Positions 9,389 through 19,313 of a stretch of DNA of 23,205 nucleotides are shown here, in pieces. Position 1 is the stretch's first letter; every line of letters starts with the position of its first letter. The translations under genes were made by a program, and so were the position numbers. Source of the DNA: Polyangiales bacterium (GTDB lineage Bacteria; Myxococcota_A; Polyangia; Polyangiales; Houyiibacteriaceae); assembly GCA_045106895.1 (NCBI GenBank), contig JBGCFM010000103.1, forward strand, positions 1 through 23,205, read 5' to 3'. The notes under the pieces were generated by a model. That model had not been told where the DNA came from, searched no databases, and saw only the letters and a list, made by a program, of their open reading frames with translations.

Positions 9389-12300
9389 TCAAGGAAGCCG
9401 CAGCTCTCGGGCTTCTGCTCCGTCGACCTCACGTGCCCAGGCAGCAAACGCAGGGTAAGCGCTCGGTTCGACGCGCATCATGGGCACCAGAAGCTTCCGC
9501 GTGATGGTGGTTGTTCCTTCGTTTGCGGCGACGCTCATTTCAAAGCGCGCGCCACCCGGCCCGACGAGTTCAACAGCGTCCATCGGCGTCGCAGTGCCGG
9601 CGTGACGCAGCGTGAGAATGACCTCGAGATCCACGGGTGGGCCGACAAGCTGGGTGTTCGTCCGCGCCGCCTGGGAAGCGAAGTTCGCGCCAAGCTGCGC
9701 TGGAAAGAGGGCCGGGAAGATCTCTTCGCTCCCCTGCTGACGCGTTAGGTTCGGCATCGTCAGCTCGTAGTGAAGCACCAACGGAACGCTGGTGTCGTTG
9801 CGTCCGGTGACGCGCAAAGAACGCAGGCTCGCGCCGGGCAGAATGGACGAGACGTAGGCCTGCTCGAAACGCTCGTTGAGCGCCGCCGCCGGAATGTTCT
9901 CCAGGTTCTCGCGCCAGGTGATGGCGTCGCTGCCGCGTAGGGTTTCGGTGACGCTGACGCTCGCTGCCCCGCCTTCGCCGAGGTCTGCGATGAGCTCGAT
10001 GACATGGCGGTCGCTGCCCTCTGGCGCTGGAGGAACGGTGATCTCCCGCACTTCGTCGGACTCCGCGAAAGGCACCAGTACAACGCCGCTCTGACCGCGG
10101 ACCATGGCGCTCGCATAGCCAAAGGGGATGCCGCGGGCGCCGGTCATGAGCAGAGTCTCGTCGTATCGAACGAAGAGATTCGGGTAGGTGTCTTCGTCGG
10201 CGAGCTCGGATCGCGTCTGGTCGTTGTTCCACCCGCGGATGAGCACCAGCTCTGCGTCGATGTCGACGAGGCCCAGGAGGTAGTAAAGAACGCGTGAGCG
10301 GTTGCCGGCGCGGGCCGTGAGCATACGCGGCGCGACGCCGAAGACGTCGTTGTTGTTCTCGACGTTCTGGAGAACCCACGAAAAGAGGCGCTCGGCCTGG
10401 TCTCGTTCGTTTTCGGCGCCTTGGATGATGCTCCGCGCAAGAGAGACGGCGACAGGGTCGATGGGGTCTCGGTCGACGAGGACATCGCGAAGACCTTCAA
10501 AGAACGCCGACCAGCTCGCGTTCACGCCCCAGTTGATCGACGGAATGTACTCGCGTGAGTCCACGGATCCCGGCTCAAAAGTGAGGGGCTGAGAAGAGTC
10601 CACGCGCCAGCGGGCGACGGCGAGCTCGGAACCATGAACCTCCATCGTCGAGCGCTGTGTCGTCGGAGCGTCGCCTCGAGGATCGACGCTAATCTCCATT
10701 CCAGGAGGCGTTGCCACGAGGAGCTCGCTGCGGTGAAACGGCGTCTCCACGTTGGCGAAATAGAAGCGGTCGCCGAGGATTCCGCCGGGGATTCCAATGG
10801 GCGGGTCGACGACGCGTACCGTCTCCATCTCGACGTAATCACCGACGGCGACGGTGGGCAGGTTGATCTGATCGGTGCCGTCGATGAGGTCTGGCTCGAG
10901 GCGCGTTCCGTCTGCTTTGATGGTGTGAAGCGTCAGAATGTAGCCGCCCTCGGGTGGCGAGAACTGACCGAGATCGTCCACGGACTCTTCGCTTTGGGCC
11001 TTGTAGATCTGATGCGTCAAGACCAGCTGGGAGGCGTCTTCAAAGACGCGCACGGCGGTGTAATCCAAGAGGAGCAGCTGAGGCTGGTCGTACTCGGCGT
11101 CGCTGGCTTCGAAGTCCGCGATGGCGGCGGCACCGTCGATGCGGAAAGGCGCCAGTTCATCGCGTCCGCCAAGGGCCGCGCGAATGCGGTGGAGTTCCGC
11201 GTTGGCGGCGGGCTCAGCACGGAGAGCCGCGTCGAGAGCCGCGTGGGCACCGTCGAGGTCACCTTCGGCGAGGCGTCGGTCCGCACGTCCCAAAGCGATG
11301 GTGACGGAACGTGGTCGCGCTTCGCTCAACGCCGCGAGGACCGCGTCGATCTCTTCGCCTTGGGCGCGTCCTTCGGCGATGTCGAGACGACTCGCCAGGT
11401 ATCGGCTACGCGCCTGCGGCGGCTCAAGAGTGAGAAGGCGCTCAAGCTCGGCTTCGGCGTCGTCCCAGCGGCGGGCCGAAACGAGGAGCGCGAAACGCGC
11501 CGAGCTACGCGCGTTGCAAGCCATCAGCTGATCCGCGAAGCGGTCGATGCGCTCGATTCGGTCGCGACGACGCGCGTGGTTGAGAGCAGCCTCGATGGGC
11601 GCACAGTTGCCTGGCATCTGCGTGAGCGCCGCCTCGATTTGCTGCTCGGCGTCGGTGTCCCAGCCGCGGTTGAGCAAGAGCTCGATGAGCGCCATGCGGA
11701 AGCCGGGCACTTCGGGCCAGGCGGCGATGTAGGCGCGGAGGGCGGCGATGGCCTCGGCATCACGTCCTTCCGCGGCGTCGAGGCGGGCGAGCTGTAGCCG
11801 CGCGAACCACGCTTGAGCATCGCGTGCTTCGACCTGCCGGAGAAAACGACGCGCTTTGTCACGGCCCATATCGCCGGGGAGATAGGGGTCCGAGAGAGCG
11901 ACGGCGGAGCGGAGAGCAAGGATCACCGGGGCGTCTTCGCATTCGTCGGAGCGAAGAGCGCTGCGGGCGCGAATCGTCTGGCCGCGCCCAAGAGCCATGG
12001 CGGCGCGCTGGTAGCACGCGAGGCCTGCACCGCTAGGAAGCGCCGTGGACGCGGCACCGGGCAAGAGCGCGACGCTCAAGATGGGGTTCGGGTGTCGCGT
12101 GGCGACTTTGACGCTGATCTCGTGGCGGCCGGGAGAGAGCTGAACGCTGTGGAAGGTGGAGCGCTCGAGGGCTTGACGTCGATGGTCGAGGCGCACGACC
12201 TGCTCACCGTCGATGCGAAGCTCGACGGAGTTCGGCGTCTCCAAACGCAAGGTGTAGTCGCCGCCGGGCACGTCGACGAAGGACTCAGCGTAGGTGACGC

Positions 12301-13057
12301 CGCCTTCGTTGACGGGGCCTTCGCCGAGATGAACGGAGCAGCCGCGTGTCTCCATCGCGCGGACAGGGCGCGTTCCACGACCGATGCCCAAGTCGACGGT
12401 CTCTGGCATCACGCCGACGGCGCCGATGGGATGCTCGTCATCGAATCCGATGAGGTCACGAGGGCCGATGGGACCGGCGACGCGCCACTCGCGCAAGCAG
12501 CCGGCTTCCGCCGCGAGGTCTTGCACTGCGCCGGCGTCGCCACGTCGGTATGCGAGCTCTACGAGGAGATTCGCCGCAGGGTGGCGCGCCGAGAGAGGGA
12601 GGTTCGGCAAGGCTGCGCGAAGACGCGCCTCCGCCAGCGCCGGGAAGTTCGGGGCGACGTCACTGAGCTCCCGCAGGCCTCCTGCAGCGACCTCGGCGAC
12701 GACGTGGTCATCCTGCTCAGCCGCGAGTTCGATGGCACGGAGCATCTGCTCGACGGCTCCTTCCGGAGCGCCGTGAAAGTAGAGTTCGATGCCGGACATG
12801 AGACGAAGGGCGGCGTCGTCGGGACGGAGCGAGAGGGCCCGTTCGAGCACTTCACGTGCGCGGAGGGGATCGCCATCACCTTGAAAAAGCTCGCCGATGG
12901 CGAGGGTGCGTTGAATCTCGACGTCCCTCGGGTTCTCCTCCGCCTGCGCTCGGAGCGCTTCGATGCTGAGGTTCTCTGGAAGCGTGCTGGCACGGGGCCC
13001 GCAGGCGAGACCGAACGCGAGGGCGAGGACAAGCTGGATTCGCATCATCATTTTCAT
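9389..13057 (-). CDS. TPR / DUF3857 / transglutaminase-like lipoprotein, probably catalytically inactive
   Basis: ATG 13057 overlaps the upstream TGA; lipobox LAFGLAC; helical TPR-like repeats; DUF3857-like segment (LLDYTAVRVFED..LPTVAVGDYVE); RAGNRSRVL where the paralog has GFGDCKDKA. Confidence 0.85.
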   Translation of the reverse strand: MKMMMRIQLVLALAFGLACGPRASTLPENLSIEALRAQAEENPRDVEIQRTLAIGELFQGDGDPLRAREVLERALSLRPDDAALRLMSGIELYFHGAPEGAVEQMLRAIELAAEQDDHVVAEVAAGGLRELSDVAPNFPALAEARLRAALPNLPLSARHPAANLLVELAYRRGDAGAVQDLAAEAGCLREWRVAGPIGPRDLIGFDDEHPIGAVGVMPETVDLGIGRGTRPVRAMETRGCSVHLGEGPVNEGGVTYAESFVDVPGGDYTLRLETPNSVELRIDGEQVVRLDHRRQALERSTFHSVQLSPGRHEISVKVATRHPNPILSVALLPGAASTALPSGAGLACYQRAAMALGRGQTIRARSALRSDECEDAPVILALRSAVALSDPYLPGDMGRDKARRFLRQVEARDAQAWFARLQLARLDAAEGRDAEAIAALRAYIAAWPEVPGFRMALIELLLNRGWDTDAEQQIEAALTQMPGNCAPIEAALNHARRRDRIERIDRFADQLMACNARSSARFALLVSARRWDDAEAELERLLTLEPPQARSRYLASRLDIAEGRAQGEEIDAVLAALSEARPRSVTIALGRADRRLAEGDLDGAHAALDAALRAEPAANAELHRIRAALGGRDELAPFRIDGAAAIADFEASDAEYDQPQLLLLDYTAVRVFEDASQLVLTHQIYKAQSEESVDDLGQFSPPEGGYILTLHTIKADGTRLEPDLIDGTDQINLPTVAVGDYVEMETVRVVDPPIGIPGGILGDRFYFANVETPFHRSELLVATPPGMEISVDPRGDAPTTQRSTMEVHGSELAVARWRVDSSQPLTFEPGSVDSREYIPSINWGVNASWSAFFEGLRDVLVDRDPIDPVAVSLARSIIQGAENERDQAERLFSWVLQNVENNNDVFGVAPRMLTARAGNRSRVLYYLLGLVDIDAELVLIRGWNNDQTRSELADEDTYPNLFVRYDETLLMTGARGIPFGYASAMVRGQSGVVLVPFAESDEVREITVPPAPEGSDRHVIELIADLGEGGAASVSVTETLRGSDAITWRENLENIPAAALNERFEQAYVSSILPGASLRSLRVTGRNDTSVPLVLHYELTMPNLTRQQGSEEIFPALFPAQLGANFASQAARTNTQLVGPPVDLEVILTLRHAGTATPMDAVELVGPGGARFEMSVAANEGTTTITRKLLVPMMRVEPSAYPAFAAWAREVDGAEARELRLP

Positions 13058-16000
13058 TGGCTCACCACCACTTGCTGACGGAGGAGTTGGTCCGCGGCGA
13101 TCACCCACTCGCGGAAGGCCGCATATTCGTCCGGAGCTATCTGGTCACGTCTCAGCTCGAACTCCGTGCGTATCTCGACGACGTCACCGCTGTTCTCAAC
13201 GTGAAGGGCGAGGCGACCGAAGGGGCTCTCGGCGGCGGCGGTGGTCGGCGCGGCAATGGCCCTCATTCCGCGAGGCACGCGGATGGTACGGTTTTCCAGG
13301 TACGAAGCCGGCTCGCCGAGGTCGAGGGGATGACGACGCGTCGCCGTTTGAGCCATGCCGCGCGTCAGATCGCTAAGAACCGAGGGGCCCAGACGGAGGC
13401 TGTTGCCGTCGCTCTGGGCCATCTGGGGAACCTCTGCCGTGTAGCGGTACTCCGCCGGCGCCTCGAGCGTCTGCAGGTTCTCGAAGGCATAAGTCTCGAC
13501 CTGAAGCCCTGGGAAGAGGTTTCGGAGCGTGCGCTCCAGTCGCTCTTCTTGGGTGCCAGTCGCTTGGTACATGGCGCGGTACCGAGGCGCCTGCGCGCCT
13601 GTCACGGTCTCGCTCGCGCGAATCTCGGCGCTGCCGTTCGCGGCGAGCTGCACCTCGAGGGTTCGCTCACGTCGGTTGCGGTCCGCGGGAATCACGGGCG
13701 TGCGACGGAGGTTTGCGCCCTCAGGCCAGACGTGGAGCACCGTGACGCCCTGGTCCATGCCGGGGAGCTCTGTGATGCCGTTGTGCTCCGCCGTTCCGTC
13801 GATGTAGAGGTCCAGCGAAGGAACATAGGCGATGGCGTGGTCGAAGACCGAGAGGCTCGCCGGGAGGTCGCGGATGCGGCCGTTGCGACGCGTACGCGTG
13901 AGCACGATGTGCGCGTCGACTCCCGCTTCTCGGAACATGGCGAACATAAGCGAGGCCTTGTCCTTGCAGTCGCCAAAGCCGCGGCGTGCGATCTGCGTGA
14001 CGCGGTAGGGCTTGTAGCCATGGATGCCGAACTCAAGGCCCACGTAGCGCGTGTTGGCGACGACCCAGTCGTGGATCGCGATGACCTTCTCGCGGTCCGT
14101 TCGCATGCCGCGCGTGAGGCGCGCCACGGTGGAGCGAAGTTCGTCGTCAAGGTTGAGCTGGTCTTGAATCAGACCCCAGTACCAGGCGCCGACGTCTTCC
14201 CAAGTCTCATACGTCGAGACATGAAGATAGGGCGCAACCTGCGTCATGCCGGGCATGCTCGGCTCGCTGTGAATCGCCGGCACGTCGGTGGCGACGTAGC
14301 GGTCCGTGCGCGTGCCATCGTCGACGGAACGCTGGTGCTCGAGCCCCGCGAGGTTTGGTTCGTTGAAGAAGAAGTCGCGGCTCTCGGGTGTGATGAGGAC
14401 GTACTCCTTGTTGCGGATCGGCGCGAAGCCCTGAAGGAACGTGAGGTCACCGTAGTAGTCAGCGAAGATGTTCTGATGCGCCGTGTCGTCGATGCGCCAG
14501 CGAAGCTCGACGACGTCGCCGGGCTCAAGGTCCGAGAACACGAGGACGCGCGCGCGGGTGTCGTAGTAGATGCGGTACCAGGGTTCGCCGAGCTGCTGCT
14601 CGAAGCTCTGAGTGGCTTCGAGGACCTCGCCGTTCGCGCGGTGAACGCGCGCCAAGCGAATATCAAGGCGCTGGCTGCCCGGGTCGAACTGCATGGAGTA
14701 GCTGCGGAACTGGCGGGCGCCTTCGTCGTTGTGGAGCTGCACGGCGAGCTGGCGGAAAGTCGAACCGAGGCCGTTTTCGAAGACCGTATTCACGGTGAGG
14801 TCCTGGAGAACCGTCGTGGGGTAGCCTTCGCCTTCTACGCGGCGCTCAAGGAGAGTCTCGGTGTTCGCGGCGAAGGCTTCGTCGGTGCGCACCTGAGGCT
14901 GAACCTGCTCGAGAAGTTCACGTGTCGCAGCGTCCTGGGGGCGCAGCTCGAGGGCGTGGCTGAACGCGTGGATGGCGCCATCGCGTTCTTGCTGACGAAG
15001 CATGAACTCGCCGTGGGCGACGATGGTCTGCACATCTTCCGGGGCCACTTCCAGCGCCGCGCGGTAAGACGCGCGGGCCTTTGTGGTGTCGCCGAGGGCT
15101 TCGTAGAGGCTCGCGACATATCGATAAGAGCGCTGTCGGTAGGGCGCGATGGCGGCGATGGCCTCAAGCTGCGCCCGCGCCGCGGCCCCATCACGGCGGC
15201 GGACGGCGTCTGCGACGAGAACCCGGCGGCTAGCGCGGTCCGTATAGCTCAGAGCAACGGCTTCGGCGCGGAGAGCGATGGCGGCGTCCTGGTCGCCAGC
15301 AGCGCTTGCAGCTTCGGCGCGTGCGCGGGCAAAGCCAGGAGCGCCCAATGCGCGTTGACCAACCTCTTCGAGGATGCGTCGCGCGGCCATGGGCAGGTCC
15401 ATGTTCGCAAAGATGTCGGCGCGAAGCAGGCGCGCCTGCATGCCGAGGACGCCCGTGTTCTCAAGAGCGTCAATGCGATCGAGGATGGGGAGCGCGGAGT
15501 CCGGGTAGAGGCCCGCGCGCTTCACCTGCGCGTCGAGGAGCATGACGTTCGGATCGTTCGGCGCCCGAGCGATGGCGCGCTGCATGAAGCGGTTGATATC
15601 GGCGCGCTGGGCGGCCGTGCGAATGGCGAACTCCAGGTGTTGGATGCTCGGCTCCGCCTCGGCAGCGCGAGCAGCAAGCTGACGTACGCGTCCCTCGGCG
15701 GGGTCTTCGGAGTCCGTGTACTCGAGGTAGCGCGCGAGGTTGTGAAGAGCCGAAGCGCTCCCGCGCTCGGCGGCGGCTTCATAGAAAGGAAGCGCTGTGG
15801 CTGGAGCTGGGCGCGCGCGGCCCGTCGAAGCGACGACGTCAGCCATGGCGGACGGAGAGACTTCCACGTTTGCTGGACCTCCGCGGACGTCCGTCACGCG
15901 AAAGTAGAAGCCCCAGCTGCCTTCGGCGACGCAGCTCTTGACGAGGAGACGGTTGGCGCCTGCGTTCGCTCGAACGCTCACGGCGTGTCGGTCGCGGCCT

Positions 16001-16719
16001 GCTCCTCGGTAGGCGTCGTCTTCGTGGACGAGGGCCCCGTTCCAGAACACCTTGATGGCGCCGCCGGCGCCGGCCCACAGAGCGAGGTCTTGGGCGCGTT
16101 CGCTCTGCACATTCGTCGTGGCGTAGCTGCACACGTGTCGCGCGGGCCGAAACACGGCGCTGAGGCTCGTGTAGCCGATGTGGGAGATGGCCGGCATGAC
16201 GCGCCAGCGGACTTCGCGTTCTTTGCCGGCATAGGTCGCGCCGAGCTCAAAGGGAGCGCTGCGCTGTTCTTCGGGGCCAAACTCTCGCTCAAAGCCGCGC
16301 TTCCCTTCGTTGTCGAAGGGCCCAACGACGTTCCACTCGGTGATGTAGCCGAGGCCGTCCCAGATCTGATGCGCCTCATCGAACTCGCCGCGCCGTAGGC
16401 TCGCACGTGCACGGATCGAATCGACATATGCACGCGTTGCTGGCGCGATACGGCGGTTGCGGCTGAGCTCGTCGAGACGCGCCAAGCTCTGTGCCGGCGT
16501 CGCTTCATCCCACCCCTGCCAAAACTCGAGGAGCGGCAAGATGCCCGTCACGCCACGAGCGCGCGCCACCTCTTGGGCCAGCCGGCGCTGTTCCGCATCG
16601 AAGGGGTTGGTCTGCGCTGTCTGAGCGAGAACAGGCGAAGCGCTACAACAAAGCGCGAGGACAAGAAGGCCGCCAAAAAGGGCGGAGCGACGAATCAAAG
16701 GAACCTCCGAGGGGTGCAT
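13054..16719 (-). CDS. Secreted TPR / DUF3857 / transglutaminase-like protein with intact Cys-His-Asp triad
   Basis: Signal peptide ending SPVLAQ; WNVVGPFDN beta domain; TPRs; FSDLEPGDVVE; RYVGLEFGIHGYKP, GDCKDKA, FDHAI, YIDGT. Start 16719 chosen from the signal peptide and a -10-like hexamer. Confidence 0.92.
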   Translation of the reverse strand: MHPSEVPLIRRSALFGGLLVLALCCSASPVLAQTAQTNPFDAEQRRLAQEVARARGVTGILPLLEFWQGWDEATPAQSLARLDELSRNRRIAPATRAYVDSIRARASLRRGEFDEAHQIWDGLGYITEWNVVGPFDNEGKRGFEREFGPEEQRSAPFELGATYAGKEREVRWRVMPAISHIGYTSLSAVFRPARHVCSYATTNVQSERAQDLALWAGAGGAIKVFWNGALVHEDDAYRGAGRDRHAVSVRANAGANRLLVKSCVAEGSWGFYFRVTDVRGGPANVEVSPSAMADVVASTGRARPAPATALPFYEAAAERGSASALHNLARYLEYTDSEDPAEGRVRQLAARAAEAEPSIQHLEFAIRTAAQRADINRFMQRAIARAPNDPNVMLLDAQVKRAGLYPDSALPILDRIDALENTGVLGMQARLLRADIFANMDLPMAARRILEEVGQRALGAPGFARARAEAASAAGDQDAAIALRAEAVALSYTDRASRRVLVADAVRRRDGAAARAQLEAIAAIAPYRQRSYRYVASLYEALGDTTKARASYRAALEVAPEDVQTIVAHGEFMLRQQERDGAIHAFSHALELRPQDAATRELLEQVQPQVRTDEAFAANTETLLERRVEGEGYPTTVLQDLTVNTVFENGLGSTFRQLAVQLHNDEGARQFRSYSMQFDPGSQRLDIRLARVHRANGEVLEATQSFEQQLGEPWYRIYYDTRARVLVFSDLEPGDVVELRWRIDDTAHQNIFADYYGDLTFLQGFAPIRNKEYVLITPESRDFFFNEPNLAGLEHQRSVDDGTRTDRYVATDVPAIHSEPSMPGMTQVAPYLHVSTYETWEDVGAWYWGLIQDQLNLDDELRSTVARLTRGMRTDREKVIAIHDWVVANTRYVGLEFGIHGYKPYRVTQIARRGFGDCKDKASLMFAMFREAGVDAHIVLTRTRRNGRIRDLPASLSVFDHAIAYVPSLDLYIDGTAEHNGITELPGMDQGVTVLHVWPEGANLRRTPVIPADRNRRERTLEVQLAANGSAEIRASETVTGAQAPRYRAMYQATGTQEERLERTLRNLFPGLQVETYAFENLQTLEAPAEYRYTAEVPQMAQSDGNSLRLGPSVLSDLTRGMAQTATRRHPLDLGEPASYLENRTIRVPRGMRAIAAPTTAAAESPFGRLALHVENSGDVVEIRTEFELRRDQIAPDEYAAFREWVIAADQLLRQQVVVSQ

Positions 16720-16740
16720 GAGGCGGCACCCTAACGCGGC

Positions 16741-16770
16741 AAAAAAGCGTGTGGCCACAAAGCACCACAC
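16741..16770 (-). terminator. Possible intrinsic terminator downstream of sfsA
   Basis: Minus-strand RNA GUGUGG..CCACAC stem followed by GC and U6. Confidence 0.4.
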
Positions 16771-16864
16771 CAAGTCGGGACACCAGGAACACCGACTTTG
16801 TTCCCGCACTGGCGCTTTGCCAGGGCGGGAAGTCGGAAAACCACGGATTTCAGCCTCTCCTGCC

Positions 16865-17677
16865 CTATTTCGTCTTGGGCTGGGCCTTCCACCCGCTGTG
16901 CCTCAAGCCTTCTTCGCGCCAGGGGATCTGAGGCGCGGGATCGTAGAGGCCCAGGTCCACGTGGAGCGCCTTGGTCACGCTGTAGCCGGAGGTGCTGGGT
17001 TCCACCTGGAACGCACGGAAACGAACGCCCGCCTCCGACGCCGCGCGGCAGGCGTCCGCGAACTCGGGGTCGTGGAGGCGCGAAGGGCGGACGCTCCGCA
17101 GCGAATCTCCTCGCTGAACGACGAGGATCACGCTGGCGCGGTCGCCGCGCTCCGCGATGGCCCGCAGGTGGTCCACGTGGCGGAGTGCGCGCTCGCTCTT
17201 GGAGTCGGGGAAGTACGCGCGGCGGTCGGGGTAGACGAGGTGGGCGTTCTTTACTTCGACGAAGTGACGTGTGTTTCCGCCCAGAAGAAAGTCGAGGCGG
17301 CTTTCGCCGTCTTTGACCTCCGCGCGAAGCGAGCCGTAGCGCTTGAAGCCAGGCAGCGCTTTGGCGGCAAGCGCCTCGCCGATGATGCGGTTCGGCGCCT
17401 GCGTGTTGGCGCCGGTGAGAATTGTGGCGCCCTTCTCATCTACGTCTTCAATGAGCTCCAGCGTGTAGGCCAGCTTGCGCTTTGGGTTCTGCGAAGGGGA
17501 AAGCCAAACGCGCCGGCCGATCTCCACTTGTCCTTCCATTCGACCCGGGTTGACGCAGTGGGCGCGCACCGTTTCGCCGCTGTCGAGTTTGACCTCCGCG
17601 ATGAAACGAACGTAGCGAGCCATGAGCCGCCCCGAGACGAAAGACACGGGGTGCGGGAGGTGGAAAAGCACCGGCAT
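16865..17677 (-). CDS. sfsA: DNA/RNA nuclease SfsA (sugar fermentation stimulation protein A)
   Basis: RYVRFIAEV, AHCVNPGRM, KRKLAYTLE, ANTQAPNRI, SRLDFLL, FVEVK, FPD..ERALRH: the SfsA OB-fold plus PD-(D/E)xK signature. Confidence 0.96.
   Translation of the reverse strand: MPVLFHLPHPVSFVSGRLMARYVRFIAEVKLDSGETVRAHCVNPGRMEGQVEIGRRVWLSPSQNPKRKLAYTLELIEDVDEKGATILTGANTQAPNRIIGEALAAKALPGFKRYGSLRAEVKDGESRLDFLLGGNTRHFVEVKNAHLVYPDRRAYFPDSKSERALRHVDHLRAIAERGDRASVILVVQRGDSLRSVRPSRLHDPEFADACRAASEAGVRFRAFQVEPSTSGYSVTKALHVDLGLYDPAPQIPWREEGLRHSGWKAQPKTK
17570..17671. repeat. Direct repeat copy 1 (5' part of the intact sfsA)
   Basis: Matches 19341..19442 at 97/102 nt; 17598..17671 is identical to 19369..19442. 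Confidence 0.97.
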
Positions 17678-17682
17678 GCGCT

Positions 17683-19260
17683 CTATCCGCCCTTACTCCG
17701 CTCGTATTTGAAGATCATCCCGTGCTCGCAGCCGATCATTGCCGAGTTCCCGCGCCACTTGTGAAGCGCAAAGATCCACTTCTTCGTGAAGGGATGTTCC
17801 AATGGAGCAAAGCTCACGCCGTCGTCGGAGGACTCCAAGATCGCACCGTGCTCGCCCACGGCAACGATCCAACCGTCATCGAGAGCGACGATGTTCTCGA
17901 GTGATCCCGGTGCGTCGGTCTGTACGAAAGTAAACGAAGCGCCAGCATCCGTTGAGCGATGCACTTTTCCTTTGCTGCAGACCACAAGGATCGTTCCCTT
18001 CTTCGTGCACGTCGCCGCCCAAGGCGAGCTTTCAGTCTCGAGTGCTGTCTTGGTGATCGCGCCCTTTTTGCATAAGTAGAGGTGCCCCTTGTGACTTGGA
18101 AGCAGAACGCCGTGGATACTGTCCTGGGGCCGCGTGATCTCGCCCTCTACTTCCTCAAGCCGGGCCCAGGTCTCGCCACCGTCGGAGCTTCGGTAAGCGC
18201 CGGAATCTCCCGTGACCCAAAGGGCGTCGTCCGCGGCGAGGACCGTTTGCAAGCAAGCCCTAGTGCCAAGCTTGATGACTTTGTACTTCTTCCGAAGGTT
18301 GGTTGAATGCGCCAAGAGCCCGTTGGCCCCGCAGACCCACCACTCTTTTCCGATCCGCTGGATGCTCCGTAAGCCCTTGTTCTGAAGCTTAGGGGCGAAG
18401 CGATCGAAGCTCCGGCCCCCATCGAGGGATTGATAAGCGCAGTTCGAATGGTAACCGCCGACGGCGACCACCTCTTCCTCCGAAGTCCACAGCCCGGTCA
18501 GTTGATGGTAAGGACTCTTGCTCTTCGGAATGTGGACGCGACGGAGCGGGTCCTCGTCAGTCTCCAGAGCGCTCCGCGACTTTTCTTTCTTCTCGTAGGC
18601 TTCCAGGAATCGAGGGACTTTCCCGTCCACGATGCAGGACTCCAGAGGCTGCCAAAGGTCGTCGTCTTCCGCTCTCGGTTTCCCAAGCGCTGCGAAGGCC
18701 GCGTGCTGAGCTCGCTCGCGATGGGGGCCATCGAACTCTTCCCCGTGGATTTCCAATCCCTCAAAGTCAACGCGGTCGTCGTAGTAGTACCCAACGCGAA
18801 CCCAGGCTGGAGCACGAGCTTTGCGTGGTTGAAAGATGCCGCCTTCCTCGTTCGCTTCCGTGCAGATGATGTCCCGCGCTCGAAGCTCCCCCGTCGCGAC
18901 GAAGTTGGCCGAGTGACTACGGTAGGAATAAGCGTCCACGTCTCCGGCAACGATCAGGTCAAAGTACTGCTCGACTTCCAAGTTTCCGCGAACAACCAAG
19001 TTTCCGAGAACGATGATGAAGTGTCCTGCTGAGTCCTTTCGCGTGTAGCCCTCAAGGCCAGCGGGGAGCGCCTTAGAGGACACGTCTCCTTCGATGAGCA
19101 GGTCCCCGCCGATGATCACCGCGGGCCAAAGTGTGCCTATCAGCGCATCCGGCGTGGTGAGTTCCTCTTCGAAATCGAGACCGATCAGCGCACCGATGGC
19201 GTCGAAGCTGACCGCGTCTCCATCCAGCTCGATCACTTTTCCGGGGTCAGGTTTTTCCAT
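17683..19260 (-). CDS. Hypothetical protein: N-terminal bactofilin-like beta-helix repeats plus C-terminal BNR/Asp-box beta-propeller
   Basis: IIGGDLLIEGDV, IVLGNLVVRGNL, IVAGDVDA repeats; Asp-boxes SLDGGRSF, SSDGGETW, STDAGASF, SSDDGVSF; no signal peptide; AGGA upstream of the ATG. Confidence 0.85.
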   Translation of the reverse strand: MEKPDPGKVIELDGDAVSFDAIGALIGLDFEEELTTPDALIGTLWPAVIIGGDLLIEGDVSSKALPAGLEGYTRKDSAGHFIIVLGNLVVRGNLEVEQYFDLIVAGDVDAYSYRSHSANFVATGELRARDIICTEANEEGGIFQPRKARAPAWVRVGYYYDDRVDFEGLEIHGEEFDGPHRERAQHAAFAALGKPRAEDDDLWQPLESCIVDGKVPRFLEAYEKKEKSRSALETDEDPLRRVHIPKSKSPYHQLTGLWTSEEEVVAVGGYHSNCAYQSLDGGRSFDRFAPKLQNKGLRSIQRIGKEWWVCGANGLLAHSTNLRKKYKVIKLGTRACLQTVLAADDALWVTGDSGAYRSSDGGETWARLEEVEGEITRPQDSIHGVLLPSHKGHLYLCKKGAITKTALETESSPWAATCTKKGTILVVCSKGKVHRSTDAGASFTFVQTDAPGSLENIVALDDGWIVAVGEHGAILESSDDGVSFAPLEHPFTKKWIFALHKWRGNSAMIGCEHGMIFKYERSKGG

Positions 19261-19280
19261 GAATCTTCATCCTTCGCTGC

Positions 19281-19303
19281 GGTACGTTAGCACGAGTCGT
19301 ACC
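19281..19303 (-). promoter_or_regulatory. Extended -10-like element (TG-C-TAACGT) inside a GGTACG-N11-CGTACC inverted repeat
   Basis: Visible 24-32 nt upstream of ATG 19260. Confidence 0.4.
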
Positions 19304-19313
19304 ATGGAGAAGT

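Noticed and set aside
13057..16398. 1113-aa plus-strand ORF (likewise 10634..11797, 11813..13078, 16718..17764, 6524..7585)
   Set aside because: Antisense shadows of motif-bearing minus-strand genes, expected with GC-rich codon bias.
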